From positions 196,850,001 through 196,914,000 of the forward strand of contig OZ024741.1 of assembly GCA_964016885.1 (NCBI GenBank): a DNA stretch of 64,000 bases. Reading direction: 5' to 3'. A model generated the notes under the pieces. That model was not told the origin of the DNA, made no database searches, and was given only the letters and a program-made list of their open reading frames with translations. The DNA comes from Eledone cirrhosa. Lineage: Eukaryota. How positions within the stretch are numbered: the first letter of the stretch is position 1; each line of letters opens with the position of its first letter. The position numbers were made by a program, and so were the translations under genes. Positions 53,765 through 64,000 of the stretch are shown here, in pieces.

Positions 53765-53998
53765 CATTTTTTATACCTGTTTGCTCCAAAACTGCCTCTG
53801 GTTCTATGGAACAAAATATCCAATTTTAAAGGGTTTCTATTTATATTAAAACATTTCAACATAATTTTATATAAAAACCTTTTGTTAAGTTATAAATCCA
53901 TCTTAATAATGACATAATAATTTTAGTAAATCCCTCCAAATTCTATATCAATTAATTCAAATACAGTATAATTTATTAGAAATATGGTAATGAAAGGG
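53765..53998 (-). mobile_element. piggyBac-type MITE family A, reverse copy
   Basis: Ends AGAAATATGGTAATGAAAGGG+TTAA, the reverse complement of the family start. A similar end occurs at about 34896. Confidence 0.75.
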
Positions 53999-55539
53999 TT
54001 AAGTTAAATATGACTTAACCCACTCCTGTCTAAAAGTTATCTGTAGCTAGACAAACCAACAAGAGAGCCTCTATCCAATTAGCTTAACTTGCTTTATATA
54101 GTAACCCAGAGTCCTTCAAATCTCACCTAACAATCTTACAAAAAGTGACACACTGAATAATGTAGTCTAAGATACATCAGGCTTGAAAAAGTCAAAGCAG
54201 TAATACTTTCATTCATAAGTCTGATCGATTAAGATTCTGTCTCAATTCTCTACATTCATGTTTAAAAACCATAGACGGTGTCTTTTATTAGAAATTTTGA
54301 ATGTTATGTCAGTGCCTTTTGTAGATTCTGTAATAGTGGGGTGGAAACTATCAACACTAACTGTTAGTGTTTACTGTGTGTACAATCTGTATTTTCCACT
54401 CATTGTTCTAGGGCTGATTTCTTAAACCAGTCATCTAGATATTGTTTCTTTATCTTAAATGAATTATAGTAACAACCATAGCATCATTATAATATGCTTG
54501 TCAATATATCGTAACTAACAGCCAGCTATACACATTAGATATCTAAAACTAAGAAGAATGTATTAAACGACTGCTTGAGAAAGATAAAGTCAACTTCAAA
54601 GTGTAAATCAATTTTAATCATATACTTATTTGTTTTATTTTTCAAAAATTCAAAAACTATTTTAAAAAGTCCCTATTACTTAAAATTTACAAGAGACCTA
54701 ATAGGAGAGATATACTGCAATTTTGAAAGTATTTTTATATTAAGTGAATAAATAGAGCATTTCGAGTCTCACAGACAGTTATCAAACTGACTGACACAGG
54801 AAGTGGGGCACAAAACACAAATAAATATATTGAAGTATATCTGAATAGAAGAAAACATGTTATAAAAATACAAGAGAAATTGCAAAAATTTCTTTAGAAA
54901 TAAAGTTTTTAAATTTGTTAAACTAAATTTCTTGAACTGTAAATGAATGATTAGGAAAAAAGTTATGAAAAAGTATTGAAAATATATAAAAACTGACCTG
55001 GATTTTTGACTTGCCATTTTAAAAGTAAATCAGTAGAAATTGCTGCTATGTTATATATATATAAGTTGTAAAAAGTGCACTAAACTGAAGATGTAAAAGT
55101 GAAGAAAAAGTGAGGTCTCTATGTAACTATGTGTGTAGAGCTATGAGTTACTATGAACAAGCCTATCCCATACTTTAACAATGTCACAGCAGCAGTAGCA
55201 GCAGCAACCCACTGTTATTTATATAATCTCAATAAGGTAGAAGGTCAAGGTTGTTGAAAACTTGATCAATAAGCAACAGGCATCAATCAAAAGAAGTTAA
55301 CAACCAATGCAACAACAGATAATTATGTGTGCAACAGTTGCTATCATAAATTGATGCTATCATAAAATTGGAAGGAAACAACTTAAAGATAGTAGTAATA
55401 ATAGATAATATAGTTTTAACAGTTACAGAAGAATGTGTTAGTGACACATATACAAGTTTGTTTTATAGCAGTAGCTATGTTGATGTCAAAATATTCACAT
55501 GTTCAAAGTTTAGGCAGTTGATTGTCTATATCTCAATGG

Positions 55540-55660
55540 TCTGAGTTCAAATCCCGCTGAGGTTAACTTTGCCTTTCATCCTTACAGGGTCAATAAAATA
55601 AAGTACCAGTAATACACTGGGTAATTGCTGGCCTTGTGCCAAAAGTAGAAACAATTATTT
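55540..55660 (+). mobile_element. 5'-truncated SINE family A (other plus-strand copies at about 21160-21277 and 48830-49055)
   Basis: CTGAGTTCAAATCCC...CTTTGCCTTTCATCC...GTAGAAACAATTATT. Confidence 0.85.
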
Positions 55661-55925
55661 ATTTATGGCCTTTTATATTCTGAGTTCATATTTCACCAAG
55701 GCTAACTTTACTTTTTATCCTTCTGGGGGTAGATAAAAAAAAGAAAAATTATTATTCTAGAAATGAATGAAAGTGTCTATCATTTTAACATCTGTTTATC
55801 TATGCTGCTGACATAGTGTGGGTAGATTCATCACTATCCAGGGCTATATTAAGTTCTATCAACTGACCTTTGACTACCCTATTGGCACAGTGAACTACCA
55901 TTCACACACTATTGTCCACAGCCCT

Positions 55926-56109
55926 TAAGGCCAGATTAAATCCTTTTGATGCAATAAGTGCTTAAATAATTAGTGTACCTTCTACATATAAAGTCTGCAG
56001 AAAAAAAATTGTTTTGCATGACAAATACATTTAATTTGGATAAAACGGTGCCTCTCTTCCCTTGATGCCCTAAGTGTGGTAGTTTTGTTTAAGGGTTAAT
56101 CCAGCCCTG
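55926..56109 (-). mobile_element. hAT-like MITE, second copy
   Basis: Ends TTAATCCAGCCCTG. Internal GGTGCCTCTCTTCCCTTGATGCCCTAAG matches the reverse complement of about 34277-34305. Confidence 0.65.
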
Positions 56110-57223
56110 TATATATCTCAATAGTACTTTCCAAGTCTTTTTTTGCCTTTTCTGTAACAAGTAGCTTTCCTTGTCAGCATATGGCATATTTTCACCCATC
56201 ACAAAATAAATTTAAATTCTATTAACTCTTAGCATGAATCACATTAGCAAGACCTTCCTAAAAAGTAAAATCAAAAAAAAAAAATCAAAAAAAAAAAAAA
56301 AATCAAAAAAAAAAAATCAAAAAAAAAAATCAAAAAAAAAAAAAAAAAATCAGCATTATGACTTTATTACATTAAAGATTGGAGTCTTTAGTTTACTACA
56401 AATTTTCACATAAAAGTCTAGTAAATATTTGAATTAACACACTTATTTTTAGATATTTTCTGCTAAATCCTTTTTGGCTGTTAAGAGTTAATATTTTAAA
56501 TTAAATACCTGACACTTCTATTTTTATTCAGGACTACTTTTATTTTCAGAGCATTAGACTATGGAACTTTTTTAAAATAAATATTTCGATGCATTCAGTA
56601 TCTAATTCAAAAATTTATTCAAAAGATGTATTTTATACATATTTGTATAAAGTAGAAATATTGATAATTTAAAAACAGAGAAAAATTATTTGTACTTCCT
56701 TCTTTAGCCAATAAATCGAGCAAAATTTATCAATAAGAAATATGTGTTTGCTGATTCTAGGCAATGTTTTGCTATCTTAGTTGTTTCCCACTTTGACCAT
56801 TATATATGAACTTTATTACAAATTTATTTTTTCACATTTTGAGATAGAATCTTGCTCTTTCAAAGCATACCTAATTATATTTTGCAGTGCACCAATGTGC
56901 TGAGGCACACAATTTGGGAATCATTTCTCTAATTGATTAGCATCCATCTTGCCACTATTTGCTCTACTTTACTGGTGGTATTTATTGCTATGTACTTTTT
57001 TTTATTTAGTAAAGTAATTTACAAGGGTAGAAAAAATCCAAGCTGTATCCTTTTGTCTATCAAAACTACAAGAATATATGACTTTACTGATTGTATATCA
57101 CCTTCACCTAAATTTATTTGTTTCATTCATTTCTCTAAAACCAGTTATTCTCGAAGTACATCTTTTGGAATTCACTTGCTTTCCATGTTTTCCTTTTAAA
57201 ATTTAGAATTTACCACATGAATA

Positions 57224-58317
57224 CCGTATATACTCGCGTATAGGTCGCACTTTTTTAACGATAAATAAGTATAAATTTTTGGGGTGCGACCTATCCGATC
57301 GACATCAGACTGACCAATGATTTTTCATAGACTTAATCAATGATGGGTATTTATAAAAATAACTTTGTTAATATTTTTTATTATTTAACATAATAATTTC
57401 ATATATCTACCTTCTTATACATATATTTCTTGATTTTAAATTTTTTACTAAAACTTCGTAGTGTTTACGTTTTTTTTTCTATCTGACCGAACCATCCGTC
57501 ATTAAAATCCATAGAAATGCATACCCGGTATTTAAAATGTGATTTCATTGTCTTAGTGTTGCTATAAAAAAGTATTGTGACATATTTACTTTAACAGGAA
57601 ACAGATTATTGCATGTGGCATTTCTTTTCAAAATTAGCAAGTGAGAAAAGTTGATAGTTGAAATTTTTTTTATAATTCACTGAGAAATATGAATTCCGGT
57701 AAGAGAAAAAGTTATCAAACAGTTTTCAAGTTAAAGGTGGTTGGTTATGCAGAAGAATTTGGAAATAGATCAGCAGAAAGGGAGTTTGGTGTGTCAGAAA
57801 AGGTGGTGAGAGGTTGGAGGAAACAAAAAGACAAGCTGGGAGAAATGCCTAAATCAAAGAGAGCAGCAAGGTTTGGAGTATCACCATATCAAGATCTTGA
57901 AAAAGAGCTAAATGATCGGGTTTTAGATATCAGGGAAAATGGACACATTGTTACAAGATTTTCTATAAGAACGAAAGCCCTTCAACTTGCACCAAAGTAC
58001 CACTTATCCCAATTTAAATCGTCAGCAGGGTGGTGCACCAGCTTTATGAATAGGTTTGGACTGACTCTTCGCCAAAAGACACATATTGCACAAAATGTTT
58101 ATTTTATAAATAAAACATGGTTTGGAGTATATATCGCAATGGCGAAGTAATGGAAAGCTAACAGATTATTAGTTTCAATTATCATAAAAAATAGTAGTTT
58201 GATGGTCCAAATTTCAGTGCGACCTATCTACGAGTCAATGGCAAATAGCCTATTTGTTAAATGAAAAGTGGGTATGCGACCTATCTGCCGGGGCGACCTA
58301 TACTCGAGTATATATGG
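57224..58317 (+). mobile_element. Internally deleted pogo-superfamily DNA transposon
   Basis: TA on both sides. 25-bp TIRs (CCGTATATACTCGCGTATAGGTCGC vs reverse complement CCATATATACTCGAGTATAGGTCGC, 2 mismatches). Subterminal GCGACCTAT repeats. Confidence 0.95.
57689..58150 (+). CDS. Truncated pogo transposase ORF (Brinker-type HTH + CENP-B-type HTH, no DDD domain)
   Basis: KRKSY...FKLKVV.YAE..GNR.A.REFGVSEK.VR.WRKQ and LE..L...V...R.NG..V....IR.KA...FK.S.GW...FM.R.GL.LR.KT.IAQ. Homology stops abruptly after IAQ. Confidence 0.85.
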   Translation: MNSGKRKSYQTVFKLKVVGYAEEFGNRSAEREFGVSEKVVRGWRKQKDKLGEMPKSKRAARFGVSPYQDLEKELNDRVLDIRENGHIVTRFSIRTKALQLAPKYHLSQFKSSAGWCTSFMNRFGLTLRQKTHIAQNVYFINKTWFGVYIAMAK

Positions 58318-58479
58318 TAATTAATCCTACAATCTACTATAGCTCTCCATCTCAGTGAAACATGTTTTAATCTTGGTATGTTTATCTTTTTAATGCATCA
58401 ACTGAAACCAAAGTATACAATAAGAACTTATAAGCTTGGATCAGGAACTTTGAACATACATGTATACTACAGAGTAGAA

Positions 58480-60680
58480 AGAACTACTTGGTAGGCATCT
58501 TCAATAGATGTGCTGAGCAGTAGAAAATCAAGGCTCCTAGGGTTATGTGATGCAAATGACCTAACATTAATTTCAGGGCACCAGTCAACCACTTAATCCC
58601 CCAATAAAATGAGCAAATAGGACAGGCATACGGTTGTGAAGACTAATTAATAAATAGCAATTTTAGAATAAAAACCAGACTCCAAGAAGGAAGACAATCT
58701 GGAAAATGAGTGTATGGAATCTAAAGGATCCTTCTGTTAAATATATGTTTAGAAATTTTCTGCATGACACACTGAAAAGCATAGAAAATAGATAATTATG
58801 ATATAATTTGGACAATGAGAAGTTTCTATATGAAACCCTGATGAGATCTGTGGTTAGAGCAAGGTTCTAGCCAGACAAAATGGGACAAGGTGGTAGACTA
58901 GTACTGCAGATAGAGCCATAAAAACTGAAATACAGGACTGGAAAGATTGGAAGAAAGAGGATAGCAAAGAATAATATTAAATATATATAAGAAAAGATGG
59001 ATGGTAGGTTTACTGGGGTGAAGCTGAAAACAACAGGTTTGCAAATATTCTGCAATGAGAGAATAAGAAGCACGAGGACTTTCATATTGTAAAGCAGTGT
59101 GTTAGTGTGAATCAAAATATGGTTGGAGAAGAGTGTGATCAGAATAACACTGGTGTACTTGTTCTCACAGATACTCAGAAGAAAGAGGCTTGGAAATGTT
59201 ACTAAGAGAGGTTAGTGAATATGGAGAATGAGTAGAAATAGACCGGATAGAGGGACCAGCTATGGAAGTTGACAGTTTTATGGTCAAGGAAACCATCAGG
59301 GATATGAAGAAGTAAAAGGCTACAGGATCATCAGAGATAGTTACTCAAATTCTAAAAATATATGGTGAAGTAAGACTCAAACTAGTCATTCACACAGTCA
59401 ACAGAGATAATATATGATGGTGTCATACCAAATGACTGGTGTAGTAGTACAATCATTAATTACTATAAGGTTGTGCTCCAGAAAGGAGAAACTACTGAAG
59501 TAATAAACTGATGGATCAAGTTATAAAAGTAGCAGAAAAGAGTTTTAGCATAACTAATTATGAAAACAATGAGATTAGATGGGATGTAGGTTGGATTTAT
59601 GCCAGGATGGAGTACTGCCTATCTCCTCTTCTTAGTTTTATGACCACAAGAGGAATTTCTAGCTAAATGTAATCTAGAGAAAGCCTTTGACATAGTACCA
59701 TGATCTGTTGTCTCATGGTCTTTAAGAAAACCTGGAGTAGATGAAAGACTTGTGAGAGTGGTGCAAGCTAGATGCTGTCAGTAAAGTTAGAAAAGTAAAC
59801 AAGTTTAACGAGGAATTTAATAGGATGGTGGGAGTTCATACTGGCTTGGTTTACAGCCCACTCCTGTTTATTATAGTTCTTCAGACCATAACAGAAGATG
59901 TTAAGACAGATTGTTCATGGGAACATCTATATGCTACCAAAACTTCTGGATGATTTAGAGAAAAAATTCAAACATGTAAATAAAACCTAGAATTGAAAGG
60001 CCTTAGAATAAACTTAGCAAAGACTAAAGTCTTAGTATGTAGGAAAGAAGACAGGATCATGCTACCATTAGGGAAATGGTCATGCTCAATTTTCAGAAAA
60101 AGAGTTAGTAGAAACTGCATATAGAGCACCCAATGTAAACTTTAGATGCAAGATGTAGTGGGGTCACTGGCAGGCTAATAGATAAAAGAGACTGTGTGTG
60201 GCTGATGCACAGGAGTAGTAATAAAAGCACCTATGAAATAAACTCTTTCCAGTCCAAGGAAGGCTCTATAGAAGTAGTTAATAGCTTCTGTTGACCTAAT
60301 TAGCAGTGGAGGGTGCTCCAAAAGCATAGTAGCTAGAATAACTATAATCTCTGTTGGCAGCTAAGGGATTCTTCCTCCAAGCAAATGATGCTTGTATATG
60401 AAGTGCAATGTTGCATTGATGTGTAATGTTAGTGTGCATGGATGATGAAGTACAGATGAGTTGATGGAATAATTAGGCATAAAAGGAATCAGAGTAAGTG
60501 AGCAAGAGAGAAAATTGCACAGAACATGATGTTATGGATTATTGAGTAAAGAAATGCTTGGAGATTTGAATAAAGAGGAAGAATAAGAAAGACCTGGTCA
60601 CACAGGATGAGAGCTGATCTCAAGATACTGAATGGATACAAGTGAAAGCATGGACAGGCATGATGATGATGATGATGAAA
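58480..60680 (+). mobile_element. Heavily decayed RTE-like LINE of the same family as 26640-27480
   Basis: Remnants LEKAFD.VP, GVH.G..L.PLLFI and GLRINLAKTKVL. Nucleotide similarity to 27100-27450. Ends in a (GAT)n tail. Confidence 0.8.
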
Positions 60681-61247
60681 GAACTATTGAATAAAGAAGC
60701 CAATTATTCAATAAGAAGAAAGACATTTCTCTAGAGACACTGAATATTTATGGATTTCATAAATATTCTTATGAAGAATACTTTAGCAAGTTATACATAT
60801 ACTTATATACTGACAGCTTTAGTCATGAAAATAGCTACAACTCAACTGTTGTAGAGTAAAATTTAGCGAAATTTTCATGGAAATAATAACCAAAGTGCAT
60901 CAGAGTTTCTTTGAGAATTTCAGTGAATAGAATTCACAAGAATTACTAAAGCACATGAATAATTAGATATTCAGCATAATCAATTTAATAATCATTATTG
61001 ATTTGAAACAAGGGAAAGAATTATCCTGGGAGAAGCTAGAAAACTTTGTATATAAGGTCAACACAATATTCCAGTAGCCGATAACATTAAATAATTTTAT
61101 TCAGTTGAGAAGCTATAACTGTTTTGATCTAAAACACAACAAAATTATCCTACTCAGTTATTGACTTGGAAATTACTTTTTAGTTGAAATGCAAGCACTA
61201 AGTGTAAAATATTGGTTGTGCCAGGGGTAACATACTCCAATCATTAA

Positions 61248-61477
61248 CCCACCTGAAACTGGCTTGGATACACCAGTGCTCATTTCAAAATGTTTATCTT
61301 TATAATAAAACCTTCCATCATAATTATAGTTCTGAAATATTTGTTAAGTAATGTTCTAAATATCAGCTTACTCATGAAAAAGTTATTTTATTGAATTGCA
61401 CCAAATTTTGGGTTATTTTCAAAATTAATTGAAACACATATGCAGTGTATTTCATTAGAAATATGGTAATGGAAGGG
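61248..61477 (-). mobile_element. piggyBac-type MITE family A, reverse copy
   Basis: TTAA on both sides. Ends AGAAATATGGTAATGGAAGGG. Confidence 0.8.
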
Positions 61478-61774
61478 TTAAATGTATGGATAAAATAAAC
61501 TAATGGTTGGGCAGTAGATGAGATCTCATTTAAAGTTACAGAGATTGAAATCAACAAGTTGTAAAACAAAGATTGAAACAATGGCAGTGGTCATCATGAC
61601 AGCAAGGCAAGCACATCAACATCAGCACAGATCAGAAAACTGCTTTATTGGGAAGAGTGTAGATACTACAAAGAGTAGTGTCACTTAAGTGACTTCCCTC
61701 CTATAACACTCCAGGCACATTATTCAGAGCCAGCTGTACAGGATGTAAAAAGATAGATTAGAAGTGCCAAAATA

Positions 61775-62228
61775 ATAATTGTTTCTACTTTAGGCACAAG
61801 GCCAGCAATTTGTGGAGAGGGGAGAAGTTGATTACACTGATCCAAGTACGTGACTGGTACATATTTTATCGACCCCAGAAGGTTGAAAGGCAAAGTTGAT
61901 CTTGGCGGGATTTGAACTTAGAATGTAAAGGGCCATAACTATATGTCATAAAGAATATTGTCCAATGTTCTACTGATATTGCCAATCCATTGCCCCAATA
62001 ATAATAATAATGATTTCTAGTATAGGCACAAGGCCAGTAATTTGGAGGGAGGGGACAGTCAATTAAATCGACACCAATACATTACTGGTACTTTATTTTA
62101 TCGACCCTGTAAGGATGAAAGGCAAAGTTAACCTTGGCGGGATTTGAACTCAGACCATAAAGGGCCGTAACTCTTTGCTGCAAAGCATGGCGTCTGACCC
62201 TCTACCGATACTGCCAATCCACCTCCCT
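61775..62228 (-). mobile_element. Tandem pair of long-variant SINE family A copies
   Basis: Two copies carrying the extra GGAGAGGGG...GATT segment, separated and followed by (AAT)n. Confidence 0.88.
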
Positions 62229-62254
62229 TTAATAATAATAATAATAATAATAAC

Positions 62255-63830
62255 AGGGGAAGTGATCTGGCTTTGGGCCATCGTTACCAAGCAATAGATC
62301 CCACACAGAATGTGCAGACAGCTAGACACAAATGGACGAAGGAAGAATACACTACACTGTTTGAATGCCATGAAAAAGCAAAGATGGAAGAAAGTTGTAG
62401 CGAAGGACGACTCACTGTGGACTTTTGGATGGGAAAGAGCATGTTTGAGATGTTTGAAATTAAAATAATGAATCGAGTGAGGGTGAGTAGGAGGAGGGGC
62501 TGGTTAACTGAAATAAAAATATCTTGGATTAGTGAATGCTTAAAGCAACATGTAGATGAACAACAATGAGAGAGAGAAGCTGAAGCCGTCTCTATGGTTG
62601 AAGGCAAAGAGAAAAATGGGCAGCAGGAGCAGAGATAGTGTGATGGAAATGTTAGGGCTGTTGAAGGGGAATGTTATTCATTGAACCCTTGTATGGCTGA
62701 AGAGGAGAATGGTGATACAAGAGGAGGGAGTCACTTAGATGGTGAGTCACTTGACTTACGTAGACGGCTTATGGATTTGATGGATGCCCCAGAAGAAAGA
62801 ATCCCAATGAATATGAGAAGGGTAGGTAGGAGGATAATAGTTGAAACTACAAAAAAGATAAATGCTGTCATAAAACACATCCAGACAGAAGACTTACCAC
62901 AAATTAGGAACCTCATCCGAGCTGTTGCATTACTTGTAGAGGAGTAAATGGAACTGATGAACACTAGACATGGTGGAAAAGATGCATTGAAAATGCCATA
63001 ATGCAGTTAAAGCAAGATCTAAGAAAACTTGAACAATAGTTTAGAGGAAAGTGGGAAAATGGGAAAAAGGCTAGTCGAGAAACACTAAAGAAGACATATA
63101 AAATACAGAAGAGTGAATTCCATACAGTAACAGAACAGCTAAAACAGAGAATTCTCTTGAAAAGCCAGAAGATAAATAGTTCAAGGAGAATAGATTGTTC
63201 CAAAATAATATAAGATAATTTTTCTGCACTTTGGAAGGAAACAATGGGAATGGGAAGGACGCTATTCCTAATGCTGATAAGGCCAAGGAGTTCTGGAATG
63301 GGATATGGGGATACAGTATGAGTCATAGAAAGGATGTCATGTGGATAGACACCATCAAGACAGAAATGTGAGGAGGAAATATGCAAAAAGATATTGCTAT
63401 AAGAATAGTCGATGTGAGTAGCCAGGATACCAAACTGGAAAGACCTTGGATCAGATAGGATCCATGGCTTTTGGTTAAATAGATGCAGTGCAATACATGA
63501 AAGATTGGCAACACAATTGAATGATTATGGCCAGAGAGGTGCAGTCCCAGGGAGAACAACGCTTGTGATAAAAGATAGACGGGGAAATAGAGCCTTGTGC
63601 AAACAGAATGCAAGCGCTACCATAATAAAGTCTCTCTATACTTTTATTGGCGTCTGTGTCATAAATACCAGTTTAAGGTCATAAAGAATTGGTATGAACA
63701 TGTGCCTTGCAAAGTAATGCAGGAGGACGAGAAAGCAACGATATTCTGGGATTATGATTTTAAAACTGATAGAATAATTAAGCATCGCCAACCCGGGCAT
63801 TGTTATGTTGAACAAGAAAGACAAATACTT
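62255..63830 (+). mobile_element. Decayed, deleted R4/Dong-like retrotransposon
   Basis: N-terminal RHKWTKEE, GFW.K, and RLE-adjacent RYHNKV..Y.YW.LC..Y...WYEH.P...IFWD..KTDR.I.H..P. Begins immediately after (TAA)n. Confidence 0.8.
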
Positions 63831-64000
63831 GTTTCTATTTTAGGCACAAGGCCAGCAATTACCCAGTGCATTACTGGTACTTTATTTTATCGACCCCGTA
63901 AGGATGAAAGGCAAAGTCAACCTCGGCGGGATTTGAACTCAGATCGTAAAGGGACGTAACTATGCTTGAAAGCATGGCGTCCGACCCTCTACCGATACTG
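63830..64000 (-). mobile_element. SINE family A, cut by the window end
   Basis: Near-identical to 51797-51981. Confidence 0.92.

Overview
This is AT-rich eukaryotic genomic DNA with many microsatellites. The repeat families look like those of octopus or another cephalopod; this is inferred from recalled repeat sequences and was not verified. The window lies inside one large minus-strand gene of the echinoderm microtubule-associated protein-like (EML/EMAP) family. Five short coding exons (44342-44392, 40328-40353, 33714-33840, 32428-32577, 26532-26604) join in phase to give ...RSTSHGSLAGRQGHPKG-SKEPLWNID-EGYLKIYLRGRP...[18 protein letters not shown]...GHTDDVKC-LSIHPDKIRIATGQVAGHDKREGR, which is the HELP motif plus the first WD40 repeat. 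The intron splitting the HELP motif (32578-33713) has U12 minor-spliceosome signals. The rest is intronic and dominated by transposable elements. These include a young tRNA-derived SINE family with target-site duplications (TSDs) and tandem arrays, and decayed RTE, R4/Dong, L1/Tx1 and other LINEs. DNA elements include an internally deleted pogo element with an intact DNA-binding-domain ORF, a hAT Charlie/Buster element, TTAA-flanked piggyBac-type MITEs and a non-autonomous Helitron. Several long hairpins and minisatellites are also present. I found no unambiguous novel system. The best leads are the U12 intron with a SINE dimer inside it, the DBD-only pogo ORF, an antisense exon-like segment with a single in-frame TAG, and abundant intronic dsRNA-forming sequence.
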